From Lepidodermella squamata (lineage: Eukaryota > Animalia > Gastrotricha), in assembly GCA_047495785.1 (NCBI GenBank), contig JBLDXI010000032.1, positions 930,001 to 994,000 on the forward strand: DNA of 64,000 bases, given 5' to 3'. Below the pieces are notes generated by a model. That model ran no database searches, was not told where the DNA came from, and saw only the letters and a program-made list of their open reading frames with translations. Position numbers and translations under genes: made by a program. This document shows, in pieces, positions 38,801 to 51,366 of this stretch. Numbering within the stretch: the stretch's first letter is position 1; each line of letters starts with the position of its first letter.

Positions 38801-41800
38801 TTACCTGTGCGTAAATTATTGTGTTAACCTTGCGTTAACCTTTGCACGACCGTCCTCGTTCGATATTTTCTGCGCCTATTCTCTTCATTCACATATATAC
38901 GTTTGCGTGGCGCCCCGATCCACCTCACTGGCGTTTACCTTTACGTCCTCACCCGTCCTTACGTTGCATTCATGAGGATTCAAATACAGTCTGGCCGTTC
39001 GCTTTCTCACAAGTTGACACCTTTTCGACACACATACAATGCCCTCTCGTGTGGTATAGTAGCCATATTTACCCGCCCTCTCATTTATTCATCCGACTGC
39101 TTCCATATAGTCTCGTTTTTAAATAACAATACGTAACGATTTAATATTTTTTCGAATTTTTTCGAATTTTCTTTCAAGATTAGAATTATTATTACCTATT
39201 ATTATTCAACGGCGCAGACGCAACACTTTGCATATTAATCTCGCGCCTTCATTAGCTATGCAACAGCCACCTTAATAATAAAAATTCCTTAGCGTGTCGC
39301 GCACACCTGTCTTCTTTATGTCACCGTGTTGCGCAACACTCGCAGCAATTTATCGACATGTTATCGGCAATATAGTAATAATCCTAAGGATTTACGAAGG
39401 GAGGGTTTAAACTGTAGACGGTCTTATAGATAGATAAGGCTGCGTGTTCGTCTGTCGCCTTAGGGGTGTGTTATACACGCGCGATAAGGCACGCGTTTAG
39501 GCCGGCGATCGATTTTCGAAATTGCTTATTAAGGTGGAAATTTTAGCCGCTGCTATCCAGGTGCCTTTTAAAACGCCGGCCGGGTCACGGTCGCCGATCG
39601 TCGAGTGGCACCTCTTCAGATTTTCACTCTCTCGGGCCATCGATTTCATTCATTCACGTTTTAGCTGTAACTTGGCCCGGCATATGTGCCCGCTGCCGCC
39701 TTTGTCGGCGCCTTTATTGTTATTATTGTCATTCCGAGTCGCGCGACAGGGGCCGCCGAATGACGACGGCGCCATTTCTCGCACCGCACGACGCGAGCCG
39801 ATGTTGCATCACGGTGCGTACGCGGAATTTATTTGCGGAATGAACAAATTTATTGCTGCTGCTGCTGCGGTTACTTATACCTGTACTGTCGTTAACTGGC
39901 TTGTCTAATAACGCCTTGTCACACCGGTAATAATATAATTTATGCGGCTAAGTCTACGTCTAAATTGCCGATGGCTAGTCTTAGCGACGCCTCAATGCCT
40001 CGGAGCTGTGTTACTTAGACACCTTAACGGTGTTAAAGCCAGTTTGACTGGTGCATTATAAGCCGCAAACAATCTATACCTACCTGTATACAGTTGTAAT
40101 GATAAGCGACGCTAATATTTATAACAAGACGCCAAAATTTTAAACACACAAAATTTCCCATGCAAAATGCCGTGCGCGCGCGCAGCCAACTGCTGCTTAA
40201 TTATTACTATACTGCCCCGTGTATGGTTGCGGTTGTTGTGGTCGCGGCAGCTGTTGCTGCTGCGGTGGTGGTCAGCTGGGTTGAAAATTTTTGAAAAATC
40301 ACTCCTGGGGCGCGCGCATTGACAGCAGCGCGTGCAGCGTCCCGGTGCGCCTCACCTTATGACTCACCCTACATGCAATTCTCGAATTTATTAAGTGCGC
40401 TTTCCCATGGCCTCGCGTGACCTGGATATATCGCCGATACTTGAATTACACACCCTATTACTATTAGCTATTACTAAATTCCAGATGTTAATGTAACGAT
40501 TTTATCTTTACAACATATAGATTTTGTACAATGCCGACTTTTTCCGTCGCTCGCTTCGAAATCTAGCCGCGCTCGAGTCGAGCCACAGCTCCGTTTGGCG
40601 GCATCGTTGTACCCGCCATCTGTTACCAGATAGCAGCTTCTGCATATTCTGCGAACTTGTTGTAAGTTTTATCGCCGCGCGCGGCTTGATCTTATCTATT
40701 AATTAACCCTGTGATTGATTGCTGATTTGCAGAAATTATTCGACGGCCTGCGTGTTGCGCAACAAACGCATCGCCGATATCACGATCCGAACACCCTGCG
40801 CCTGATTTTACAACAGCAAACGCCCAATAGCAATACATTTCGGCTGAATCAAATGAACGACTCGGTCGAGTGCTTCGTAAGTTTTTCAATACATTTTAAG
40901 GAGGATTTTTCTCAATTTTTTTCTAGAATATTTTTAAGGTGGAATTTTATTAGGAGGATTTTTAAATATTTGTTCTCGAAAATCCGGAATTCTAGGGAGT
41001 TCCTACATTTTTAAGGCGGAATTGTTATTTTATCGAATTGAGAAATGTTTTCATAGCGTCCTAATTAATCAACCTCAACGCGTGTAAACATCCGGTTTTT
41101 CTTACTTTTAACTAATACAGGAACAAATTCTTAAAACGCTACATGGCTATACGGCATCGACGACGCCCGACGGCGCCGGTCATACGGCCGAGTGCTCGAG
41201 CGAGACATGCGTGTGCCACCGCCAGTTTTCGCTGACTGTCTCCGAGCAAAAAACGTGTTCGTGCGGCCTCGTCAATAGCGAACTGAAATTCGCGAGTGAT
41301 CTCGTCGAACGCGTCTACGTATTACCGTTACTTCGCGCTGCCAATCGCCCGCCTACTGTTAATGGCCAACAGACGACCTTTTCAGACCTGGTCCGCATCG
41401 CCCAGAGCTCGGTCGACCCGCCTATGGTTTGCCAAGGTCCGAGATGCGGGCGACTTGTCCACAAAACTCGACGCCTCTTATGCAAACCTGATGCAGGTAA
41501 ATATTTTCGATAAAATCTAACCGAACAATGGATTTTAGTTTTTGATCCAAAATTTGATACCAATTGATTACTCAATATTTGATCTACATTGGATGCAATT
41601 TGAAATTCAAGATTTTCGAATATTTGATCGACTTGAAATTTTGATCTAAATATGATGTTGACTGTGTCTTTAGAAATTTGATCCGTATTTATTACGAACT
41701 AAGAAATTATTGAATTTTTGATCTAATTTTGATCCATATTTGATTCAAATTTGATTTCATCCTAATTTGATCCGACATTTTCTAAAAGTATTCATTCGAA

Positions 41801-43819
41801 TTGAATCCTTGTTTGATCGCTTAAATTGGAATTTGATCTGATTTTGATTCTTTTTTTCTAGTTGCAATCTCGTTAACGTTTCCATCGGCCTGCCCGGACG
41901 ATTTAACGCTTAAACAAGTGATCGACCTCATCGAGCCAACAGTCGAACCCAGCCGGCTGTATTCGTCATCGGCGCAGTACCCGGAGCCATTCCAGCTATC
42001 GGGCATTATCTGCTACCACGGCCAGCACTACCTCGCCATTTGCTACCATTCAAGCCGCAAGCAATGGAACGCAATTTCCGACTCGGTCGTCAAACACATC
42101 GGCAATTCGTGGCACGACGTTCGGGCCTATCTCCGCCGCGCGCCCTGCATACCGTGCCTACTGCTGTACACCAACCCCCAGGCGCAAAATCTGCCGAAAG
42201 GCATGCCCGTTAACCAGGTGCGGCAAAACGAGCCGATTTACTTCGATAGAACAGCCGTTCAACAAATGCTGGCGAAATCGCTGAAATTCCCTATCCACGC
42301 CGCTGGCTCGTCGAATAACTACGAAATTCGCAAAACAACAGCCGTACCGTCGGATTCTTCGTCTGGCTACGACTCGAAATCGTCGTCAATCGCCTCATCG
42401 AACGAATCACCCTCGCCGCCGTCGTCGAAAAACTCGGATACAAACTCGCTAGACCGCCTCGCTTCCCTCCTGCCCCCGCCGCAATTGGTGCCGCCCCACG
42501 CGGAGCAGAACCCGTTTGTGGCCAATCGGTTCCACCAGGCTGATTTGCTATGCCATCGATTACTGGCTCAGTTAGGCCAGAGACAATACGCCGACTCGCT
42601 GGTCACGTGCCAACAAGCGGCGAATGTCCTCCGAGCCGCCTTAATGACATCAAACGGGTCGGGAGCTATCATCGAAAACATCAACTCGCCGCAGGTTGTT
42701 TCAGCCAAGCGAAGAATCGACTGGCTAGCGCATTACGAACGGGCGATTCTACGAAAAATCGGCGGGCCAGTCGCTGCTACGGCGCCGAATTCGAACCCGC
42801 TAAGCACGTTCCAAACGGCGAAAACTAACAATCGAACCTCGCTGCCTGATCTGCACCAGGCGATATCGAAAGAGGCGGAAGATGTGCCGGATTCAACGAG
42901 CCGGTGTTCGTGCAACGAAAATTCAACAGGCACCCTACCGCGGAAGTTGCGCCTCTCGCCAAGCTCGAGCGATATCCTAAGCCAGGCGAATGCGCAGCCG
43001 CTCGAGCAACGTCCGAATCTAGGTCAAAATCGGCTGAAATTCGTGGCCGTGCGAAAACCAGGCGTTCGAGCGTCGATTCAGCCCGAAATCGTTCTACCAC
43101 CAGCGCCGCCTTCGATAACCAGCGAAATCGAGAGCCTGAGCAGCGGCCACGGGTCGACGTCGAGCTCAACCCTCCAGGGCACCTACACCCGGAAAAGCTC
43201 ACTACGGCCGCAGCGCACGTCAATGTCATCGATCGGCTCGCAATCTGTCGCGTCTGGGTCGGCGAAGTCGGTCAAATTCAACGACCAGGTCGCCGTGATA
43301 ACCGAAGACTTCCTCGGGCCGAACGGCGATCCGATCGATACAACAACAACTGTCGCGATCGAAACAGTCGAAGCGGGCGGGGCGGTTTGCGAAAATTACG
43401 CGGATTACGTGCAAAAATTAACGCAGCGAACGCGGCAAATCGTCTACCCAACAACCAGCGAGCAATCCGAGCAGTTCTACGTCAGGCGAGCTGGCGTGGT
43501 TTCGAACACTACGTTGCGATCTGTCGCTAAATTGAAAGACCACGACGAGCGGAGCGTCTCACCGCCTCCTATCGAAAAACTCGCGATTTCAACGTCGGAT
43601 TCTAGCGATAATACCGAGGAAGATTCTGACAGCGATTGCGATGCGGGAATTCAAGGTCCGACCTGTTCGTTATGCGCGAAAAAGTTGAAAAATGACGTGA
43701 CCAGCGGCTACTGCGAGCGGTGTTCGGCGTATCTGAGTCGATTTTCGACGCCGCAGAACGAGGCGAATGTCGATACTGGGGTGACGTACACGGCCGTATT
43801 GGACGGAGCGATTTTTTAA
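35840..43819 (+). CDS. USP54: USP53/USP54-family ubiquitin-specific protease (echinus-like), ~965 aa
   Basis: Exons 35840-36118, 40521-40661, 40733-40876, 41121-41496, 41862-43819 (2898 nt). Cys box GLSNGVAENNCFLNAVIQ|ILYNADFFRRS, CIFC, FRLNQMNDSVECFE, C..H.QF, His box GIICYHGQHY, W...SDS.VK.IG..W, C-terminal CxxC..YCxxC..YLSRF. Upstream non-coding exons cannot be excluded. Confidence 0.9.
41530..41850. repeat. Degenerate ~11-bp minisatellite (aaatTTGATCc-like) filling USP intron 4
   Basis: TTTGAT(C/T) recurs at roughly 11-bp spacing through the intron. Confidence 0.6.
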
Positions 43820-44631
43820 ACTTCCAATTTATTTATTCCAATTATTATTCTCGAAATATATCGCTATTTACCTGCTTGTAAAAAATAATTCAAGTTTTTA
43901 GTGCTCAAAAAATAATTTATTCTACCGCACTATATATAATTATTGTTAATTTTATTGTATAAAAAAATAGAGATAAAAAAATTTGAATAGAGATGAGCTA
44001 AAACTTGTCATTTTTCTTTTGCGAAAATTTGTTGTTGTGTTTTTTCGTTTTTAATAATTATTTGTTGTTATGAGTGTCCTTTCTGCTAAACAAATGAATG
44101 ATGATGAGACCAATTATAATAGTTATGGCGAGTCTGGTACTTGATGATAACAAGTGTGTTACCTGTTTTCATTTTTTGCGCCTCAATTTTTTCATATTGC
44201 TATCATTAATTAAGCTAGTACCCGTTCATCACGCCGCCGCCCTTTTTTTCTGCTCGATTATATGGTGTCGTCGTATGCAATACGAGTGCTTCAAAACAGC
44301 GCCTGATGAAAAGATGTGTTTCGAAACTGCAACTGAAAAAATTACGAAAAAAAATCGAAGAAATAAAATTTGAAATAATTTGAAATTTGACTCTTGTTTG
44401 AATAATTTATCGGTAAAGGGTGGCTCAGCGCTTCACAGATGATCCTTCACTAAAAATACATTACTGACACGCTATATTTAGACAACGGACAAAAGGAATA
44501 TATCGAAAAATCGCGGAGAACGGAAGTACAAGAGAGAAAATTCGCGCTGGAAAACGGAAATATTGCGGTTTTCTTGGCCTTGGAGCCCGTCTAAAGCTGG
44601 AAAATTTCGCATTTGCTCGCATTTGCCATAC

Positions 44632-44967
44632 GGGAATATCTTTTAGCGGAACCAAATTTGCTGTATCGGAACCAAATATGCTGTAGCGGAACCAAATTTG
44701 CTTTTTGCGGAACCAAACTCGAAATATACCTAGAGTCATTTTTTGAATATTTCTAAGAATTTTAGGCTAAGCATGAATTCTGAATTGACCACTGCGTGTT
44801 ATAGAGAATGTTGCGCTGAATTTTCTAGAATTATTGGGGCCAATTTTGACATGCAATAAATATCCGAAAAGCGATTTCAGGCCACTAGAAAATTCTAAAA
44901 TTTGGTTCCGCTAACAGCAAATTTGGTTCCGTTCACTGTAAATTTGGTTCCGGTAACAGGAAGACCC
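44632..44967. mobile_element. Mutator-like MITE with 9-bp TSD and ~20-bp subterminal repeats
   Basis: GGG...CCC termini, exact TSD TTGCCATAC (44623-44631, 44968-44976), four cggaaccaaa units on the left and three inverted tttggttccg units on the right. Confidence 0.88.
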
Positions 44968-45166
44968 TTGCCATACGGCTCATTTTCAACAATTTCGTCG
45001 CCGATGTTAACGCTTTTGCAGGAATGCGAAAACCCAAAAATTGTAGAAAACTCAAGCCGGCCTTGAAGAAAAAGCTCATCAGCGTGAAAATGAACTGAGT
45101 ATTCGGTTGCAGATTCGTGGAAAATCGATTTTGATTACAGTTTGGTGATAAATTGAAAAGGTCCTA

Positions 45167-45337
45167 CAGTCAGTCCTCAGTCCTCGCCATAGTATAGTAC
45201 ACTTTTTGGCCGGTCCCAATTATGAGCTAACAAGTATAACAAGGTAATTTCGACTCACACTTTTAAGGGTACACTTTTCGCCTAGGTACACCTTTTTCTT
45301 GTCCCCCGTGAAAGTGTACTATATCGAGTTCTGACGG
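45167..45337. mobile_element. Tc1/pogo-like MITE
   Basis: TA|CAGTCAG...tatagtacacttt and aaagtgtactata...CTGACGG|TA. Confidence 0.7.
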
Positions 45338-45763
45338 TACCTCCTTTCTTTTCATGTTTCCACTGAATTTATACGATTTACAACCGCGTAGCTGGAAACC
45401 CTGATTGTAGTCCCCCTGCAGGATTTTAAACCAATGCGAGCCTCAACTAACATTTTGCTTTGATATAGGAGCTTGAAAATGCCAAAAAATGCGCTACATT
45501 TTTAATTTTTCTTGCTTTTTGAAGTTCAGAGAACCCTATTCGAAGCTAACAAATCTTTTTGAAAAATGAAAATATGAGAAATGAAATGAAAATATAGCGG
45601 ACATAATTTCGCAGTTTTATTGCGTAAAAATGACTCTGAAAACACCAAAAAATCGCGAAACATATTCGCACATTGCTTTGGTCATTTTCCTATGACAACA
45701 CATATCAACAAAGTTCCAATCAAGAAGGATCTGTATCCTTCGATCATTAAAGGGAACAACACG

Positions 45764-46111
45764 TTATTTGGGAATTTCAACCACGTCGAAGGCATCTGTT
45801 ACAACTATGCGTCGAACTTTCTTGTCCAGGTAGCTGAGTTTCTCTTGCAGATTCTTGCTCTTTAGACCGTTGAAGGTAGCAGGCCGATAATTTTTGAAAT
45901 CATCTGCCATGCGCGTGCGCATAAACTTGTTCAGCTTCAGCCAAGTCGCCGGGCGGTAGCCAACTGATGGCTCTCCTTCAGGTAATAGAAGCTGCTGCTG
46001 CTCGGGGTTATCGGCTTCAACGACTTCGCCATTCAAATCCTGCAGAAACGCGAACGAGGAGCAGCAAGAAATGAGGCCCGATATCAAAAGAAATTTCAAA
46101 ACGTGACGCAT
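45764..46111 (-). CDS. Small secreted protein (115 aa), candidate peptide precursor with two YRPAT(W/F) motifs
   Basis: Single exon. Signal peptide MRHVLKFLLISGLISCCSS, acidic spacer, GYRPATW and NYRPATF, basic sites K/R, KK, RR. Confidence 0.7.
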   Translation of the reverse strand: MRHVLKFLLISGLISCCSSFAFLQDLNGEVVEADNPEQQQLLLPEGEPSVGYRPATWLKLNKFMRTRMADDFKNYRPATFNGLKSKNLQEKLSYLDKKVRRIVVTDAFDVVEIPK

Positions 46112-47172
46112 TTTCTCGAAATAAAGTATCAAAAATACAGGAGGAGTAGATCAAGGTGTGAATCAACTTGGAACGCTTATGAACTTGGAAAGCAATTAGA
46201 TTACTAGCTTTTGTACTGTCATTCTAGTAAGCCTGCCGACTTGACATTTCCTACGTGGGAGGCACGACACTCAAGGCTTTCAATTATATGTTCACACCGA
46301 GCTGCTTGACCGCGCTCGGGGGGCGATGCATCCGATATAAGACGACAAGTATGTAGGCAGTTCGAGATTCGATCATGTCAATGTTTCGCACGTGGACTAA
46401 TGAACACGCTCTCGCCTACGATTAAGGCTATTAGAATCGGGTGCAAAACCATGCTGATAGGGGTCATGCTTGACAAGAGAAGAGGCCGTGATTTTGATGT
46501 GTCGGAGCGATGTCACTAGCGGGCGGCCTCAATAATGGACAATAAAGGACAGGCAAATCTAGTACAAACTTACTCTCGTTTTCAGACGGGAGACGGGGTT
46601 CCAGGTCATTTGAATGATTCAAGGGAAGGCTCAACAAGGAGTTGAGATGCGTATAGAATTGTGAACTGAAATCCATGTCGTCTGAATCTATGACAAAACT
46701 CCGCTTTGCTAAAAGAACCGTGCGACCGTGAAACTTAGCGCCCATGCAAAGACAATATTTTCAGGAATAGAATAGGAACATCAGATGGAAACGCTTGTTG
46801 GATGCGTCATCCCTCATTAAGCAATTGATGGGGCGCTCGATTTAAGTAGCAAGGCGGAGCCATGGATGCGAGGAATTGGCCAATTAGCGAGCAATAGCAA
46901 TCTGAGTATGACATTGAAAAAGGTAAAAAAGAATGCCTCCCTTTGCTTTGCAAATGCTGGTTCAAACAATAGGAAAGCTGAAATATCACGTTAATTTTGA
47001 TCTTTTATTACTCTTTTTTTTTATGAATGACATATCGGTTTCATCTAAATCGGGAAGATCTATTCCTCTTCATGAGGCGTAAGGAAATATATGCTGAAAT
47101 TCCTTGTTTTCGTGTGTTGTCGTTAGGACCGCGGATCTTTCAAACTGGCTGCTACCATAGTATGTATCACAA

Positions 47173-48621
47173 TCACAATATCGTGAGAGGAATAACACTT
47201 TGTGGCTCATTATTCAGTTGAGTAATTAACCGCTGTTGATTTAAAATGGCGCTCAATTGTAACAGTTCATGAAGCGGTGGCTCCTGTAACCGAAGAAGCG
47301 AGAAGGGAGATCGGCTAACTGTTAGCCCGAAGTATTTAAGGTAAGGATATTTTGCCAACAAGAAGCGCGCCACTGCGTTGATCCTCGTGACATAAATAAC
47401 CGGAATCACGATTGGCGTCGACAGGAAACAGGTGTAAAGTATATTGTGAACAATCAAGCAATACATATCAAATTCGCTTGAGTCTTCCGAAGATTTTACC
47501 AGATAAGCCATCGTGATTTCTTGAATGACAAACGGCATCCAGCATATAGTGAACGCTGACAGCATCATCATCGTTGTCTTGTTCAATTTCGCCACTTTCG
47601 CCCTGGTTCGTCCACTCGACCGGTGGATAACCAGCCGGAAGCTAAAGTGGCATACGATGATGAAAGTCATAGCTATTAACGTCACAATCAAAACGAGGAA
47701 CTCAAGAGAGTATTCGTATGAACTATGCGAGACATTCGAGCACCAGCTCCAGCTATTCGAGATTAACGCATTTTGTTCCTCTCCGGCCATGATTGCACTC
47801 AAGTAAATGTCCAACAACGAATCTATCGAGGCATTCAAGTGACATGATTCTGGTTGGTCTGCCATGAAGGTTGTCAAATAGGAATAAAAAGACGACGCGT
47901 TGTTGAGATTGACGAAAAATATGCCGTGGTTGAAACTTTTTACGAAAGATATGGGCTCCTTATCACGAGTGCCCGTTTCCAGAATCGACTCATCGCAATT
48001 CATGTATTCGACAGCTATCAGGTTCTGCTGTGGCCGAGGCAGCTGGGATTGCATGTTCGCAAGAGGAAGCATCACTTCAAAGACCGAGTGGCCGATTAAA
48101 GCTGTTGAAAAATTGTTATTGAAAGGCAGGAAGAGGCTTAAAGAAGGAGTCTTACTCATTAGAGCAACTCCCGTCGCAACAAGACACGGGGCGTTTTTCA
48201 CAAGAATGTGATTCGTAACTTGGTTATAGCGATGGGGATATACCTGCGGTTTTAGATGAAGAGCCATTATTTATAAAAAGGGATAAAACCAAAAACTCAC
48301 AATTCCTATAAAATGGTCCAAGAACATTGCGCAGAGATTGAGCAGAAAATACAGATATCCAGCCATTTCGAAGCTATGCTCCAGCCTATGGGCGCATTTG
48401 TTCACTTTGACGTCGATATCGAAGAACCAAAACGAAGCCGATCTGATTAATGACACCGCTCGCATGCCACATATATACATCCCAGAGGCCAACAGACTCG
48501 CCAAGAACAGCCTGTAGGTTCGACGGCGAATTTCGCCCTTGACAACGCCTTCCATCGCGAAGGAATTGACAACAATAGCTATTACAAGGGTAACGACTTC
48601 CGCTACAGCTTTGTAAGCCAT
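47173..48621 (-). CDS. Divergent rhodopsin-class GPCR (463 aa) with a very long second extracellular loop
   Basis: Exons 48621-48301 and 48243-47173 (57-bp intron) restore DHFIGI|VYPHRY at the end of TM3. TM6 FTICWMPF, TM7 VIPVIY. Confidence 0.85.
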
Positions 48622-49560
48622 GTCTCTGCAAAGTTTACATATACATGTAGGGTAACTTTTATTTATGAACTCAAATAATTAGCGGGCCAAGAGTCACGGT
48701 GCTTTAGTTGTGAGTTGTGAGTGACAAAAATTTGTCAACATTTCATGTAGATGATTCGCATCGTGCTGGTGACATGAGCATTGATACGAAAAGTCACAAA
48801 TCTGCAAGGAACTGTGGAGCCACTTAGTATAACCACTCATCGATAAATGAATACATATGCTTCTGCATTGTGTCTGTGTATTGAAATTACGTCAGAATCC
48901 ATATCAATCATACGTCGCCCGCTTAGTGCCTTTATAGACGAATAGAATTCATTGATCATTGCCTGACTTTTATTATCAATTTCCTCGGTTGTTAAACCCG
49001 AGGGCATGTTTCGTAGGCGCAACGATTGGGTGGGTTTTAAATGCAATTACTACGCTGGTACCTATTAGTTCCACGTTGCTCCGGAATAATTTCCTTGAAA
49101 CGACGAGTTCATACGCCACCGCTCATAAATTCAAGCTTTATGTAGGTAAAGTTTTATGAAGGAAGCCGAAATGACAGGTTTTCGTACCGTTAATTTAGGC
49201 CCTGATGATTCGCAGTCTCAATGTACAAATGAAGACATCGATCTAGAAAGATCCAGTTTGGCGAGACAGAGTCGCGTAGCCGTAAAGTTAAACACAATGT
49301 TGAAATTTCGTTTCCAAGGAATCCAAATTTTCACCAAATATAAACATTTTACAGCTAAAGCGTAATTTGTAGAAATAAATATAGTAAACGTATGCAGATT
49401 CGGAGGTTTACCGTTTATGTAGGTTCCATGGAGTTGGTACTTGAGAATTAAGGTAGATTTTATTACGTTACTTTGAAGGGGATTATTTGTATAGAATGAG
49501 AGATCTAAAATAATGTTATGCATTAGCCACCAGTAAAATTTTTTCAGCTCAAGATGCTGT

Positions 49561-50745
49561 TCAATTTGGTGCAACCATGACTTTCCATTTCGATAACATA
49601 AGGGAAACCTTTTGAGTCCAACCAGGTCTGATCATTTGTACGCAAGATCCTACAATAGCTTGTAACGAGACGCAAATCATGCCAAGCTTATGCAGCCAAC
49701 TTGAGGAATGGCGCGGCCCAATGTCCGTGTATAACATATCAAATAAGACTGCAAAAAACGTGGGCATGTGGGAGGTGCCGAATATTATGAAAATCGCGAC
49801 TGATTGTTGAGCGAAAAAGATTTCACGATTTCGCGTTTCATCCAGCTTGATTGATCGAGCCTGAGCCGTCGTAATTGCAGTGCCAGTTCTTTTACTAGAA
49901 CTAGCCTTTATTTGCCACCTTGCATCCCGAATACTTCGAAAAATTCTGTAGTAATTGTTGGCTAAGAAAGATGCTGGAATCATGACGCTAGTTGCGTAAA
50001 ACATGAACAACAGGAAACTTGAATCAAGATCACCAACCAGCCTATACTGGAAATTAGCGCAAATCCAAGCAGGGTTATCATCATTCAACCCTTCTATCTC
50101 TATTAGCTCACTGCGCCAGATTTGATGAGGCCATATTGCAATGAAGAAACAAACGGCATTACAGCAAAGGTAGAGGCCGAAAACCCAGATCAGGAGGCGT
50201 TTCGTACTAGTCTGGTAGTTCGGGCTATTTGATAAGATGCAGAGACGGCGCTCATATGAGATCAAAGCGTTCATGTATGTTCCAAAAGCTCCATGGCTGT
50301 ATTGAACCCAAATTAGGACCGTGCATGTCCAAGCGTCCGCTTCCCAGAAGCCTGTTCGAAAATTGATAGCGAGAGCAACGACAGTGAACAAAGCGAGAGA
50401 AATATTCCTAATACCGTTAATCGTTATAAGCATTAGAAAATCTCTTTTAATCTGCCGCTTGTACAAATCGATGCAGCTAATGATTGTCACCAGCGTTACA
50501 AAGACCAAGGTGATAGCAAACAGCAAAAATTGAGCGAGTCGGCTGCTGATCGTGACGTAGTCGAGGTCGTGAAACCATCCGATGAAATGGGGTCTCGGGG
50601 CATCGTAGCCCGAATCAGGCAAGTAAATCTGGATCCAGCCACCATTGATCACTGTCGCCTTCATGCAAGACGAGTTTCCACAGATTCTTGCCTGCGTTGT
50701 TTTATTATCGTGAGAAGTGTTGAAGACTGAGCTATTGTTCATCAT
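49561..50745 (-). CDS. Intronless 7TM rhodopsin-like receptor, tandem paralogue 1
   Basis: 394-aa ORF with seven hydrophobic segments, W..C before TM3, LISYERRLCI (DRY-like), ECL2 Cys and N-glycosylated N-terminus. Confidence 0.88.
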   Translation of the reverse strand: MMNNSSVFNTSHDNKTTQARICGNSSCMKATVINGGWIQIYLPDSGYDAPRPHFIGWFHDLDYVTISSRLAQFLLFAITLVFVTLVTIISCIDLYKRQIKRDFLMLITINGIRNISLALFTVVALAINFRTGFWEADAWTCTVLIWVQYSHGAFGTYMNALISYERRLCILSNSPNYQTSTKRLLIWVFGLYLCCNAVCFFIAIWPHQIWRSELIEIEGLNDDNPAWICANFQYRLVGDLDSSFLLFMFYATSVMIPASFLANNYYRIFRSIRDARWQIKASSSKRTGTAITTAQARSIKLDETRNREIFFAQQSVAIFIIFGTSHMPTFFAVLFDMLYTDIGPRHSSSWLHKLGMICVSLQAIVGSCVQMIRPGWTQKVSLMLSKWKVMVAPN

Positions 50746-51366
50746 TTTAGCGTTGAAAAGTGCAATTTTGACCTACATAAGCGAAATTCTACAGTCGTTA
50801 GTCGACGGCATATAAGGCGAGCGAAACTATCAGTTTGACTCCTTTTACTTCCTTCCACATAAATTAGCCATTTCTTCCTATTAAATAAGTTCGGTCATGA
50901 TATGAACGTAAATTTTTCAATTAGCTGTATGCCATGAATCTGCGGAGAAAATTCATATGATTCAAATGCTCGATGATGGCTAAGATCCTGTTCATTGCTG
51001 CTTGCTGCCAGAGCAGGCTGGTTCTCCCCGCTATTCAGCTTCTGCTCAATTTAAACAATAAGAAAAACTCTCACAATAAGATTTTTGCAATATGTTTTCA
51101 ACAAGTCAATATGTTTTTGGTCATAACTGACCTGTGAATTACTTTGAACCTCGAATGAAAAGCGAGTACTTTATGATGACTGGATTAACGACTCACAAGC
51201 AAAAAGTGACTTGATCATAACGCAGTCCAGCCGAACACGAAGAGGAGGGAAGAGTGCACTGCAGACTTTAGCCCAAAAGTATCACTGGTCCGCTTCTATT
51301 CTTGAATTGGACGCGCATAAGGATCAACTGTGTGCGGGGGTTCGTTAAATGAAGAATTAAATTTGC

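Noticed and set aside
28407-40000. Numerous 60-140-aa ORFs in the USP upstream region and first intron
   Set aside because: Low-complexity, I/F/Y-rich translations of AT-rich non-coding DNA, mostly with non-ATG starts and no domain motifs.
42550-43530. Alternative-frame and antisense ORFs within the USP last exon (also within ceramidase and CUB exons)
   Set aside because: By-products of GC-rich coding sequence with no independent motifs.
44640-44960. Regularly spaced ~20-bp repeats resembling a CRISPR array (also 21700-22070)
   Set aside because: There are no unique spacers, the repeats invert at the other end and are bounded by TIRs (with a 9-bp TSD at 44632-44967), the context is eukaryotic and there are no cas genes.
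48244-48300. Apparent two-gene arrangement (116-aa and 364-aa ORFs)
   Set aside because: A 57-bp intron joins them into one GPCR, restoring DHFIGIVYPHRY.
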